Virus record (IMG/VR): IMGVR_UViG_3300030397_000812
Span: 286-64,285 of that record
Reading direction: 5' to 3' (one strand)
Length of the DNA stretch: 64,000 nt
Source of the DNA: a virus
Shown here: one piece after another, positions 43,737-53,940 of the stretch
How the letters are laid out: each line of letters opens with the position of its first letter
Numbering within the stretch: the first letter of the stretch is position 1
Made by a program: the position numbers and the translations under genes
The notes under the pieces: model-generated
Database searches by the model: none
What the model saw: the letters and a program-made list of their open reading frames with translations, nothing else
What the model was told of the DNA's origin: nothing

Positions 43737-44664
43737 TAGAGTCTACTTGATTTTGTTGTTCAACAATCGACTCAAGTTGGGCTACAATCTGATTATTAAT
43801 TGTTATCCCGACATAAGTCAGGGCTCGTGTCGCGATCTCAGGAAAGACTTGCTCATCCCATTCCAAATCCTGGGCAACGGTAATGGATTGAACCCCATTT
43901 ACAGGGGCTCCGTATGTGGCAGCAGCTAGGGCTGGGGGTCTGTAGAACCACGCGTCTACATCAAGAGAAAAAGATTCTGGCTTGAACTCAACCACTAAGT
44001 TAGCGCCACTAGGATAATATCTTGCAATTGGATTGAATTTTATGTACGGAAGAGAAAAAGTAAATGTATCACTACCGGTTGGAGCTGGAAAAATCTCTAT
44101 TTGATCGTCATGGATTCGGGCAATAGGCAATTCCTCTGAAGGCGGGACTATTGCACTGTTTTTTCGGTCTAAAAATTCTCTATCCTCTAAAATCTGCCCC
44201 TCGTACTGGTTTCCATTATAGGAATGATAGAAAACCTGACCAACCTTAAACAAATCGTCTGGAAGATCTTCCTTTCCGGAAGATGCGGCATTTAATGTGA
44301 AAGAATGATCAGCCTTTAATATGTGGGCAAGTTCCGAAGAGGATCTAATATTTTTAAACTCTCGATCATTTCTGGCTATTACAATTTCAGGAAAGCCATC
44401 TTCCGATTCAATAGAAGTCAGCACATATGCGGATCCGTTTGTTATGGTGTAATTACCGGCTGAAGTAATCGATTGCTTGCCTTTGAATGGCTGCAACACC
44501 CAGTCATCACCAAGTTCGTTCCCCATGGTGATTTCCTTTATTTTAGCTCTCCACAAATCTGAAGAGGCTGAGTTTATTGCCTCAGTGATTGTTTCAGCCT
44601 TCACGAAGCCGCTCCTCTCCCTTCTAGCAACGTCCCGGATAAATGTGTGTAGTCTCTCTAGCAT
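43729..44664 (-). CDS. Tail ring/adaptor protein with internal duplication
   Basis: DREFKNIRSS / DREFLDRKNS and PIARIH / PIARYY paired motifs. Confidence 0.65.
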   Translation of the reverse strand: MLERLHTFIRDVARRERSGFVKAETITEAINSASSDLWRAKIKEITMGNELGDDWVLQPFKGKQSITSAGNYTITNGSAYVLTSIESEDGFPEIVIARNDREFKNIRSSSELAHILKADHSFTLNAASSGKEDLPDDLFKVGQVFYHSYNGNQYEGQILEDREFLDRKNSAIVPPSEELPIARIHDDQIEIFPAPTGSDTFTFSLPYIKFNPIARYYPSGANLVVEFKPESFSLDVDAWFYRPPALAAATYGAPVNGVQSITVAQDLEWDEQVFPEIATRALTYVGITINNQIVAQLESIVEQQNQVDSND

Positions 44665-44683
44665 TTTTGATTAGCTAACAGAG

Positions 44684-44691
44684 CAAATATA
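44684..44691 (-). promoter_or_regulatory. -7 box TATATTTG (tail operon)
   Basis: Intergenic, 19 nt before ATG 44664. Confidence 0.65.
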
Positions 44692-44734
44692 CACATTTAC
44701 CCGGAGATGTTTCTTTGCTTAATTCTAACTAATC

Positions 44735-44953
44735 TTATTTCTCGGATCCATCTTCTGATGGCTTCTCATCATCCTCTCCAGAATTAAAAGAGTCCATCAT
44801 CTCTAAAATGGAGGCGAATCCCATTTCTTTCATTCTAGAGGCGACAACTTCAATTGCCCCAGCTGTTTCAAGCACAGCTCGAGCTGTTTGTATGCCTTTG
44901 AATTCCTGATTATTGAGTGCGTCGATGCACAGCTGTAATTGACTTGCGTTCAT
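44735..44953 (-). CDS. Small hypothetical protein
   Basis: ATG after A-rich leader and TATCTTAG box (44969-44976). Confidence 0.65.
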   Translation of the reverse strand: MNASQLQLCIDALNNQEFKGIQTARAVLETAGAIEVVASRMKEMGFASILEMMDSFNSGEDDEKPSEDGSEK

Positions 44954-45001
44954 GTTTGATTGTTTTTGCTAAGATAAGATAATTGCAGTAGAAAAACAAA
45001 A

Positions 45002-45355
45002 TCAATTCCTATCAAGCAGGAATCTATTCTTTCCTATTCTCTTAAATCCATACGACCTGATGAATTTCCTGCTTGACCTATTTTTAAACGACTTCGCCTC
45101 AATGGATTTATCACTGAAAAATATTATTATTTCCTTGAGAATTTTATTGCCCCTATATTCAGGGAGTACATACGCGAAATAAACAGATATTGTAAATGGG
45201 TTCAATTCTCTGATAATGAATACTGATTTACAAACACCCTCTTCGTATATGCCGTAATACTTTACGCCGGTAAAATTCTTAGAAGATTCATATGCCTGAA
45301 TAAATTCTTCCGGGATCATTTCCAAGAATAGATCTGATTCAATTTCTTTTATCAT
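45002..45355 (-). CDS. GNAT-family acetyltransferase-like protein
   Basis: AYVLPEYRG (motif A) and KFIRSYGF (motif B). Confidence 0.7.
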   Translation of the reverse strand: MIKEIESDLFLEMIPEEFIQAYESSKNFTGVKYYGIYEEGVCKSVFIIRELNPFTISVYFAYVLPEYRGNKILKEIIIFFSDKSIEAKSFKNRSSRKFIRSYGFKRIGKNRFLLDRN

Positions 45356-48195
45356 GCTGATATTATTCCTTTAGTTTTCAAATCCTCAATAAGAGTTCCT
45401 AGAACATCAGCCACCTCATCAATTGTTGTAGAGTCGGCATCCAGGGTTCTGTCTGTACTCAGGTTGCTGAATGTCGTGTATCCAGTCTGTGCTGAGTGAG
45501 TAGTTATTATGGAGCCCCAAGCTCCACTAAGCCTAGATCTGAATAGGTTGTTTGTTGTGTCGTAGTAGATAGACCCATCTTCCGGAGCAGATACAGCCGC
45601 GTCGTTAACCGCATTATACATCCTAACTCCTAGTGTTACCCCGGCTTTCAATGGACTCACTCCGTCGAAATTAAACTCTACAGAATCCGCTAGAGAGTTG
45701 TTGTGAGTGGATGCATTACCGTAGCCAATCATGTACGAGCCGGTACCGGAGGCTATCATATTTCTGCCAAACGCTCCACTAAAACTACCCGTTGTAGATG
45801 ATTGAGCGCCAACTGAAGTAGAATTAGCCCCAACAGCAACATTAAAGTTATTCCTTCTCCCTATACTTACTTGATTGTCGGCAACCGTTGCTCCGGACCC
45901 AAGAACCTCGGAACCAATGGAAACCGAGTCCGTTCCAGCCTGGGAGTAAGCACCAATAACAACTTGGTTCCCGTTACCCGAGGATAAATCCGTTCCTCTA
46001 CCTATTCTGATTCCGTTGCTCGAGCCATTTACTAGGTTCTCCTCATCTATTTCCATGTAGGACACACCGTCCATTACGAGATCTAGTCTACCTCTCGCAT
46101 CAGAGAATTTGTCATCGAGTGCATTTGGTAGCGAATACTCTATCGCCGCATATCTTACTCCCGCGCCATTTGATTCTACGCCAAGTCTAACCGCACCGCC
46201 AATTCCATTCGCCGGTGTCCCCGAGGATGTCCTTTCAAACGTGGCAATATCCAATACAGTGTTTGTTGAAAGATCGTCGACAGAGAAGTAAGAATCAACA
46301 TAAGCTTTGTCAATAATGGATCTGTCAGAGAAATTAGAAGAATAGTCAGCGAAATATTGAAGACCAATATTGTTTACATCATCCCGAACTCTCATGGCGG
46401 AGTCGTTCAGTAACAACTCTTGCGTATCTCCTGAGCCCCCGGAATCATCCCTGGATAATGTTATTGAATCTGCTGTTAAGTTCAATCTAGCGTCCGTGTT
46501 CGCTGTCGCACCCTCCAGGGACATACTTATACTTCCCCATCCCACATTAACTCTACTTTGTCTACTCGTAGCTGTGTCTGTGTGGTCAATAGCTATCCCA
46601 TCATCGTTTATTCCAATAAACCTCTCAACAGTTCCTGATTCACCGTATATCCCCGTGCCCCTAAATGAATCGTTTGCAGCCTGAAAATCAGTTTCGAACC
46701 CGAAAACTAAGTCTCCATTGGAATTCGAAACAATAGTGTCATTTGCAGCCGCGCCACCCAAATCAACCGCAGAACCATTCGCAGTCGTTCCATTTCCATC
46801 TTGTAGTTCAAATGTATCGACTTCAGCATTCAGGAACACAAGCTCATTGGATGCATTTACCCCTAATACCTGACCAACGGTTCCAATGGATTTAGGGTAA
46901 TTAATGCTGCCTAAAGTAATGTTTCCAGATGGATTTATTAATGCGTCACCAGAAGAGGTAAGTGTGAATCCCGCTCCTGGATTTAATGTCATTGCGCCGG
47001 TAGAGGAAATTATTCCTGTATTATCAATCGAAACTCCACCGGTACTTATTGATTCAGATAAAATAGACTTGGATGTGCCGTCTATCACAACCGAGCTATC
47101 ATGATTTGATATTACCTGTGTTCCAAATCCAACAGCACTGAGTAGATTTACATTCCCTGTAGCGTTTATATTAAGATCACCAGAAGAGGTTGTAATTGTA
47201 TTTCCGGAAATTCTAACGTTGCCCGAATCTATTTGGGGGGTCTGTAGAACACCTGAAACAAATTTCAATACCGAAGAGTAAGCAAAGGATCCAGATTCCG
47301 AGTAAGCTATCTCTCCGTCATCTCCATATGTTACTCCGGTAATGACAGATTTAGCTTCTCCTCTCCATCTTTGGTTTCCTGAATCCCATACAGCAACATC
47401 CTCATCGTTAGGTGAATCCACCATGGTGGCAACTCTATCGGAAACGGTTTGAACCTCGCTTAAATCCGCAACAAATCCAGCGGTAAGAAAATCCCTTGAC
47501 TCATCAAATCCAATCCAGTAAGGATTAACGGTTCCCCTGTCAACGAGCAATCCCGAATATCCAAGGGTTACCCCACTGCCCACCTCCCCATCATTCATGT
47601 CAATAACGGCATCAGAGGTAGTTATTTGAGAGTCAACCTCAACGACAGATCCGGTAATTACAATGCCACCAGAAAATGTAGCCTCTCCTGAAAACGTCCA
47701 TTCGCCAGTTATGGTCTCATCAATGTCATCATAAGTAAGATGAGTTTTGTCGAACCCGTAATTTGTGTCGGCATAAATCTTAGTTACAAGATCTTGGTCA
47801 TCAGATATATTCGTACTGTGACTCGAAGTGGCTTGAATGGTTCCGGTTCCTTTTGGAGTGATTACCACATCTGAATTGGTATCCGATGATCTTGCAGTGA
47901 GTATTACATGCCCGGAATTTGAGGAGTTACCTATCTTTAACTCATTTCCCGACCCATCAGAGGCATTCAATATACCTGAAGATGTTTTCTCTATTAGATC
48001 TCCATCAGAGATACCATCTCTATACCAGTACTCAACAACAGATCCGCTGACATCAATTCCAACGGTAAGACCTTGATATCTAAATGCCTGAACCACAGCT
48101 GCATTTGCGGCAATTGTTGACGCATGAACACCATACCTAGTGTCAATTGACTTTGGTGCGGCAATAGTAAAATTATCGTTCCTTTGTAGTGCCAT
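45352..48195 (-). CDS. Long virion fibre protein
   Basis: G/S/T-rich repeats, YadA-like head repeats (VAVGANSTSVGA), N-terminal module shared with 48195-49661. Confidence 0.8.
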   Translation of the reverse strand: MALQRNDNFTIAAPKSIDTRYGVHASTIAANAAVVQAFRYQGLTVGIDVSGSVVEYWYRDGISDGDLIEKTSSGILNASDGSGNELKIGNSSNSGHVILTARSSDTNSDVVITPKGTGTIQATSSHSTNISDDQDLVTKIYADTNYGFDKTHLTYDDIDETITGEWTFSGEATFSGGIVITGSVVEVDSQITTSDAVIDMNDGEVGSGVTLGYSGLLVDRGTVNPYWIGFDESRDFLTAGFVADLSEVQTVSDRVATMVDSPNDEDVAVWDSGNQRWRGEAKSVITGVTYGDDGEIAYSESGSFAYSSVLKFVSGVLQTPQIDSGNVRISGNTITTSSGDLNINATGNVNLLSAVGFGTQVISNHDSSVVIDGTSKSILSESISTGGVSIDNTGIISSTGAMTLNPGAGFTLTSSGDALINPSGNITLGSINYPKSIGTVGQVLGVNASNELVFLNAEVDTFELQDGNGTTANGSAVDLGGAAANDTIVSNSNGDLVFGFETDFQAANDSFRGTGIYGESGTVERFIGINDDGIAIDHTDTATSRQSRVNVGWGSISMSLEGATANTDARLNLTADSITLSRDDSGGSGDTQELLLNDSAMRVRDDVNNIGLQYFADYSSNFSDRSIIDKAYVDSYFSVDDLSTNTVLDIATFERTSSGTPANGIGGAVRLGVESNGAGVRYAAIEYSLPNALDDKFSDARGRLDLVMDGVSYMEIDEENLVNGSSNGIRIGRGTDLSSGNGNQVVIGAYSQAGTDSVSIGSEVLGSGATVADNQVSIGRRNNFNVAVGANSTSVGAQSSTTGSFSGAFGRNMIASGTGSYMIGYGNASTHNNSLADSVEFNFDGVSPLKAGVTLGVRMYNAVNDAAVSAPEDGSIYYDTTNNLFRSRLSGAWGSIITTHSAQTGYTTFSNLSTDRTLDADSTTIDEVADVLGTLIEDLKTKGIISA

Positions 48196-49661
48196 TATGC
48201 TGCGTTATCGTGATTTTGTAGCTCCATTGCAAATATAGCAACATCACCAACTCCACTACCCCCTCCAGTAACAGCGATAGCTAAATACTCTATTCCGGCG
48301 GCAGCTTCAACAACTCCAGATATGGTTTTTATTGCCCTTGTAGATGCTCCCTCCCCTCGAACAACTGATGTTATCTCATTGGTGCCATCAACAAATGATG
48401 ATATGGCACTTGTGTTAGACTTTATGTGCATAGTCATTGTAGAAGCGTCTGATGCGATGAATTCAGCTGTGCCGTTGACCCAGAAATATCTCGTGGCTCC
48501 TGAGGTACCCACATTAATATCTTTAATTCTTGTAGTTGTGTCTGCCCCTTCCAGAACGTTATTAAATGTAGGATTCGATGCTTTGGTAGCTAATGCTAAA
48601 ACGGTGTCTACCCTTGCTTTTGCAAGCCTTTCGGAATTGCTAAAATCCCCATAATACAAATAGTCCTGAGCCTCCGGAGAAACAATAGGTATGTTTTGGA
48701 AGTGCATTAATGTGGAGCTCTCCTGAGGTCCTATAGTTAATGATCTAGAATTGTCAGACCTGACTATGTCCACATTATCGACAATTGAGTTGTGAAAATC
48801 AACCTTGTTTTGACCGTCCAAGGAAACAGTTAGAACAGATGACCCATTTCTAGTCAAGACATGTGATCCTCCAGTTGGGACATTCGCGTAAATATTATTC
48901 GGAAGAGACGCGTGACTCTCTCCATAGACAGATACATGTGGTTTGTCATTGCCTAAAACACCATTCGAGGAAATACCCACCTGTATAACAGACTCGAGAT
49001 TATTTCCGTAAACGGTATTTTGAGTCGCATGCTGAAGTTCCGCTCCAGCAAAAGAACCAATGCCACCCCCTATTCGTACATTGTTGGATTTAAGTGTGTT
49101 GGATGACCAAGTCAACTCAGAATCAGATCCAAATGACCCGGATGAGTTGAATTGTAATTCCGTATCAGATCCAGATGGATTTGTCCCGGATGGAAGATTT
49201 GCATCGAAATATCCCTTAGTAATTATGTCCGCATTCGATGATATCTGCGCTTCATGATTGCCCCCAGCCTGTATGGTGCCATCTCCTTTTGGTGCAATTA
49301 TTACACTTCCATTAGCCTCATCAACGTCTACCGTCAATGAAATTGATCCGCCAGAAACCTTCCCGTTACCTATTGTTATTGATCCTGGAGCTGTCGCATC
49401 GTCGTCAGATATATTAGAGAAAGATATTGGGTTGTTGTCTTTAACCACCAAATCTCCATCCAATATTCCATCTCTATACCAGTACTCCGTGACCGATCCA
49501 CCAGAAAGAATGCCCACAGTTAGTCCCTGGAATCTAAACGAAGAATCTATGCTGAGATTCGCCTCGCCAACCGTAGTAAAGTGAGATCCGTCGCCGTCGT
49601 ACCTGGAATCGATCGATTTGGGTGCGGCAATCTGTAAGCTATCGTTTCTTTGGATCGACAT
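48195..49661 (-). CDS. Virion fibre protein (paralogous N-terminus)
   Basis: QRND..IAAPKSIDSRY...FQGLTVGI...EYWYRDGI.DGDL; LQFNSSGSFG fibre motif. Confidence 0.75.
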   Translation of the reverse strand: MSIQRNDSLQIAAPKSIDSRYDGDGSHFTTVGEANLSIDSSFRFQGLTVGILSGGSVTEYWYRDGILDGDLVVKDNNPISFSNISDDDATAPGSITIGNGKVSGGSISLTVDVDEANGSVIIAPKGDGTIQAGGNHEAQISSNADIITKGYFDANLPSGTNPSGSDTELQFNSSGSFGSDSELTWSSNTLKSNNVRIGGGIGSFAGAELQHATQNTVYGNNLESVIQVGISSNGVLGNDKPHVSVYGESHASLPNNIYANVPTGGSHVLTRNGSSVLTVSLDGQNKVDFHNSIVDNVDIVRSDNSRSLTIGPQESSTLMHFQNIPIVSPEAQDYLYYGDFSNSERLAKARVDTVLALATKASNPTFNNVLEGADTTTRIKDINVGTSGATRYFWVNGTAEFIASDASTMTMHIKSNTSAISSFVDGTNEITSVVRGEGASTRAIKTISGVVEAAAGIEYLAIAVTGGGSGVGDVAIFAMELQNHDNAA

Positions 49662-51463
49662 TAAGACAGATTAAGTGTCGCTGATAATGTGGCGTAATTA
49701 GTCACGTAAACGTCATAGTCAATGGTATAGTTCGAATCAAGTCCAACTGTTGTCACAGAAATAACCGACGAATCACCAAACAGATTTGATGCTCCCCCGA
49801 TTGAACCGGCATTATTCGAATCACCGTTATCCTCCCATGAAGTGTAAGTCTTATTGTTATTAAAACTAGACGGCACCGCAAACCACAACAACTCAGGAGA
49901 TACATTCACAAAATCAGCCTGGATAGATGATCCTATTACCTCTATAACCTTGGTTCCTGCTAAAATATCAGATCCGGAAGAAGGGGCTGTCGCGCCGGTC
50001 CCGAAATACCATGGATAAGCTTTATTATATGTCACGTCATTTGATGTTATCGTTCCAGCCGGGATCTGACCGGATGGATCTGGATCACCTAAAGAATCAT
50101 TAAGAACGGGACCCTGATTATAAGACATTTCGCCATGATAAACGAAAGTTCCCTCCGCATTAATCGTGTCATTATATGATGCGTCAGGGATAGGTACAGT
50201 TGTGTCAGTATGGATGGCAACATCGTCTTTATCGACGACGAACTGATTAGAAGATCCTGCATCGTTTTGAGTCCATGTAGGGGAAATAATCACCGTTTCA
50301 TTCAATCCAACTTCCCCTGTTTTAGTTCCGTTTGCTAAGTTGTTTCCGGAGATGGAAATAGATGGTTGAGTATAGGTTGCCGGTGCGGCTGATCTTAGCA
50401 ACTCCCTAAATACAGTTGTGAAAGGCGTTCCGTTCGCAATTGTTTCCAGAAAATCATATCCACCAAGACCTCCTCCATTAACAGAAACCGTAATTTCCTC
50501 GGTTGTTACTCCGGAAAATGCTGAGATAAGCGCATCAACCTCGGCTTTAGTGTAATAGTTTGTTAAGTCTTGTGATGAAACAATAAATCCTGAAATAGGT
50601 CCACTTTGAAATGAGTGAACATTATCTACGTTGAGTAGGCTTAGTAATTCAGAAAGGAGTGTATTCCCCTCGTCGATTATATTCTCCCTAGCGTTTGTTT
50701 CAATGTTTGAGTACAGAGACATCATCCTGTTGTAGATGAATTCATCTGAGCTCTCGGTTTTCTTAAAGTTCTCAATCAGCTGTAGGACCTCCGCCGAGGT
50801 TTGAACAGCGTATATAAGTAATGTCTCAGATATCTGATTGGTAAATACAACTGATAAGTATGAGTGAGAATTGTGCTGATAAGACGCGCTGTATAAAACG
50901 ACTGGATCGTATTGACCTTCATAGTAATTGGTTAGGTATATTTGATTTAGCTCCCTAGATACAGAAAGGTCCTGCATGCCCACTTGTGCCGATGCGTCTG
51001 AAGTTGAAGGGAAAGGCGACGTCATGGTGAAGGAAGTGATCGTCTCGCTATATTCGGTCGCTGTAATGTCTGTGTTACAAGAAAATCTAACCGTAGGTAT
51101 TGCTAGATCGGAGGTGTTTTCAATTTCTAAATTAGGCTCATCAAAGAGAAATTCGAAAGACTTAGTGTTGCCGTCAACTATGTCGTCATCTTCATCTAGA
51201 GCTGTGTAAACAAACTCGTAGCTACCTCTCATTACTTCCCCGTCAGATGACTGGGTTCTAGCGGTAATTTGAGCGCTTCCTCCAGCCGAAGATATGTCTG
51301 GGGATAATTCAAAATCAGTATTGTGATAGACAAACCCATCGGGGAAAGTAACTCTGAAATTACCCTTCAAATTAACAACATCAGTAGATGTGTCTGTGAG
51401 CACAATATTATACGTGCTCGTCGATCGATCGATCGAGAATTGAATTGTGAAGTCGGCTGTCAT
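49661..51463 (-). CDS. Virion structural protein (fibre base/head decoration candidate)
   Basis: Ig-like beta-rich domains; YYTKAEVDAL; YPWYFG...LWFAVP. Confidence 0.7.
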   Translation of the reverse strand: MTADFTIQFSIDRSTSTYNIVLTDTSTDVVNLKGNFRVTFPDGFVYHNTDFELSPDISSAGGSAQITARTQSSDGEVMRGSYEFVYTALDEDDDIVDGNTKSFEFLFDEPNLEIENTSDLAIPTVRFSCNTDITATEYSETITSFTMTSPFPSTSDASAQVGMQDLSVSRELNQIYLTNYYEGQYDPVVLYSASYQHNSHSYLSVVFTNQISETLLIYAVQTSAEVLQLIENFKKTESSDEFIYNRMMSLYSNIETNARENIIDEGNTLLSELLSLLNVDNVHSFQSGPISGFIVSSQDLTNYYTKAEVDALISAFSGVTTEEITVSVNGGGLGGYDFLETIANGTPFTTVFRELLRSAAPATYTQPSISISGNNLANGTKTGEVGLNETVIISPTWTQNDAGSSNQFVVDKDDVAIHTDTTVPIPDASYNDTINAEGTFVYHGEMSYNQGPVLNDSLGDPDPSGQIPAGTITSNDVTYNKAYPWYFGTGATAPSSGSDILAGTKVIEVIGSSIQADFVNVSPELLWFAVPSSFNNNKTYTSWEDNGDSNNAGSIGGASNLFGDSSVISVTTVGLDSNYTIDYDVYVTNYATLSATLNLS

Positions 51464-51469
51464 TCACCA

Positions 51470-51477
51470 CAAAGATA
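51470..51477 (-). promoter_or_regulatory. -7 box TATCTTTG (fibre operon)
   Basis: 6 nt before ATG 51463, downstream of a terminator. Confidence 0.65.
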
Positions 51478-51501
51478 AAGAAAACAACGAACCTTGAAGC
51501 G

Positions 51502-51539
51502 AAAAAGAAAACCCCGCCGATTTCGTTAGGCAGGGTTTT
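51502..51539 (-). terminator. Intrinsic terminator
   Basis: AAAACCCTGCC...GGCGGGGTTTT followed by T-run on - strand. Confidence 0.75.
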
Positions 51540-51568
51540 GGCTGTGTTAAAAGGGTGTTTTTTACAGT

Positions 51569-52480
51569 CTATTCAGTCGAAGACTCATTGTCCGTGGAGG
51601 GTTCCTGAACATTACTCAACAGTACCTCAAGTGCAGATTTGAGTTCTGGATCAGAATTTAGCGCGTCCGCCAATTGCTCAGAGCCAGTCTTCCCACCGGA
51701 ATCATCCTTTTTCTTAAAGGTGAAAAAGACAGCTCCGTCCGCTCTTTCAAACTTTAATTGTGGATACTTGGGGATGAGTGCTTTTGACGCAAGTGCTTGA
51801 GAGACAAGACCTTGCGTTGTTATAACCCCATCATCACCGGAGTCCATGTCTGGCTCGATATATTCTGCAATGGTATCCACAAGTAATTGCGGATCAGTCA
51901 TTGATAATTCTTCAATCTCATTTTTCATCTCAGAAATTGATAATTTTGAAGGATTTCCATTTCCGACAACACTGTAAACTGTCTTGATATCTTTCGCGTC
52001 CTCCAATGCAGCCGCCATAAGAATGGCTTTTCTAAGAACAGCTCTCCCCTTGATTTCCTTCTTAGCCTCACCCTCCGGATCAACTCGGTAGAAAATGTGG
52101 TTCGCCCCCTCATACGTGTACTTGGAATCCCTGTTGAAATGGCAGTGATTCAAGAAATTGAACATCCTGAAATCCTGAGGTTTTTCTGGAGTCAAATGGA
52201 TCTCCCCATTGTTGAACTGACCAAACTGTAGAAGCTGGCTATCAAATTCCACCTCACCGCTAGGGTGGACGTATTTGATTAGCGCAAGCTCAATAACTTC
52301 TTTCACCCCATTTTTCTCAACAGTCACTCTTGAAGTGGCTGGAACATTCTTGAACATTGGCATAAGAAATCCTCCCTTATTGTTGGGGTCAGGCTTAATA
52401 CCAAGGAGCTTGAATGTAACCGGTTCATTGAACGGTTCTAGGAAATCCTTCCCGTATTTGTTGTAATTATGCTCTGGCAT
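51569..52480 (-). CDS. Conserved post-capsid protein (auxiliary capsid protein candidate)
   Basis: Directly after MCP as in crAss-like phages; start MPEHNY preferred over track start 52513. Confidence 0.6.
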   Translation of the reverse strand: MPEHNYNKYGKDFLEPFNEPVTFKLLGIKPDPNNKGGFLMPMFKNVPATSRVTVEKNGVKEVIELALIKYVHPSGEVEFDSQLLQFGQFNNGEIHLTPEKPQDFRMFNFLNHCHFNRDSKYTYEGANHIFYRVDPEGEAKKEIKGRAVLRKAILMAAALEDAKDIKTVYSVVGNGNPSKLSISEMKNEIEELSMTDPQLLVDTIAEYIEPDMDSGDDGVITTQGLVSQALASKALIPKYPQLKFERADGAVFFTFKKKDDSGGKTGSEQLADALNSDPELKSALEVLLSNVQEPSTDNESSTE

Positions 52481-52545
52481 GTGTGTAAGTGTTTTGTTTT
52501 GTACCACAAACATACATGATTCTTGGCAAATAAAGCAGCTGCAAT

Positions 52546-52575
52546 AAAAAAAGGAGCCCTATAAGGACCCCTTTT
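52546..52575 (-). terminator. Intrinsic terminator after MCP
   Basis: AAAAGGGGTCCT-TAT-AGGGCTCCTTTTTTT on - strand. Confidence 0.75.
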
Positions 52576-52598
52576 CATTGTTGTGCGTTAGGTTATTA

Positions 52599-53900
52599 CT
52601 ATCGCTGGATCTTAAATCTACCGAAGTGCTCCGTTCCGTTCACCTCAAGACCTTCGTGTGAAGTGTATCGAACAGTTAGTGTGTTTTCCTTGTCGGTTGG
52701 GATTGGCGCAAGACCACCCAACATCTTCTCATGGAATCGACCGTTGATGTATTCGTCGGAAGCAAACTTCAAGTAGCGACCGCAGATTCTGTCCACCATA
52801 GCCCCGGATTCAGACTTGGTCTGACCGTGAGGAATGAAATACATCAAATCTGGGTACTGGAATCCAGTAGGTGCCGTTACATTTACGTGATCAAGCTGAG
52901 GAAGCACCGCCTTCTCAAAAGTTCTACCGTAAACGGTGAACGTCTTGATTCCTAGATCGACCGCTTTAGCCGCATTAGATGCCTTTGGTCCAAATTGACC
53001 CCTATCTACCCCGCCATTAGTAAGCTCGGTGTCAAATAGATCATCAATAAACACGTTTGCATCTCCACCAACAAGGAACATTCCGGATTTTGGCGATCGA
53101 GCCAAATCCAATGCCCGGTTCCATGTGGCAAAATCAGCCTTGGTCAACGCTCCTACAGCAGCAGTTTCCTGAGAAATGCCTCCAAGATCGATGATGGAAT
53201 TATCCAAGCCTCTAGAGAAGAGTACTTGGTTTCCGTCAGCGTCCGTAGAAGAACCGTACACCCCAACCAAGTGGTTGTTGGCAATATCAATTCGGTGCTT
53301 CTTGAAGGCGTCATCCTGGATCTTGTAGAAGTAATATTGATTCCCATCGGCAAGTTGGATCTCCGTTCTACCAGCAAGCAACAAATCAGTAACAGTAATA
53401 CCGTTCTCGAAGATTTGCGTCTGGTTAGATCGCTTAACGATTGGTCGCTCCTTCATGTCACCATTAGAGGATCCTTCTCCTACAGCATTTGTAGGAATTG
53501 ATAGGACCTCGTTATCAGCAACTGAGGATGCAGACCCAATAGCCCTTACGACAGCGTCCGTTGAGTTCGTTACCGATTCCACGTAAAGCAACGTTCCATC
53601 TGACTTCATCAATACTGAGCCTTTTCGAAGCTCTGCCGTGTCATCAAAGGTAACAGTTGTGCCTGAGGTGGCAATCGTTCCTACAGCTCCATCGGTCTGT
53701 ACAGTAGAATACAGGAATGTGTTCGTGTAGTTGAAGAACTCCTTATTCAGAGTTGGTTTGACTTGGTCAAGATACTCAAGAATAGTGAGCATGTTCGCGT
53801 TCTCGTCGGAGACATCAACGAGCTGGTTCAAAATCTCCCTGGTCTCCAAATCCCCTACGTCGGGAGTTTCATAAAAAGGGACGGATGATAATAGTATCAT
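52599..53900 (-). CDS. Major capsid protein (HK97 fold, crAss-like)
   Basis: 433 aa; inserted Ig-like domain; SNQTQIFE..ITVT, HRIDI...L.G, GLDNSI motifs; synteny terminase-portal-scaffold-MCP. Confidence 0.85.
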   Translation of the reverse strand: MILLSSVPFYETPDVGDLETREILNQLVDVSDENANMLTILEYLDQVKPTLNKEFFNYTNTFLYSTVQTDGAVGTIATSGTTVTFDDTAELRKGSVLMKSDGTLLYVESVTNSTDAVVRAIGSASSVADNEVLSIPTNAVGEGSSNGDMKERPIVKRSNQTQIFENGITVTDLLLAGRTEIQLADGNQYYFYKIQDDAFKKHRIDIANNHLVGVYGSSTDADGNQVLFSRGLDNSIIDLGGISQETAAVGALTKADFATWNRALDLARSPKSGMFLVGGDANVFIDDLFDTELTNGGVDRGQFGPKASNAAKAVDLGIKTFTVYGRTFEKAVLPQLDHVNVTAPTGFQYPDLMYFIPHGQTKSESGAMVDRICGRYLKFASDEYINGRFHEKMLGGLAPIPTDKENTLTVRYTSHEGLEVNGTEHFGRFKIQR

Positions 53901-53903
53901 TGT

Positions 53904-53931
53904 GTGTTAAGTGTTAAGTGTTAAGTGTTAA
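53904..53931. repeat. 7-bp tandem repeat (GTGTTAA)x4 in MCP leader
   Basis: Four exact units ending 3 nt before the MCP ATG (TTAACAC x4 on coding strand). Confidence 0.95.
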
Positions 53932-53940
53932 CGATCCATC

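Noticed and set aside
51420-51436. (CGAT)n palindromic run
   Set aside because: Short, within coding sequence (SIDRST), single occurrence.
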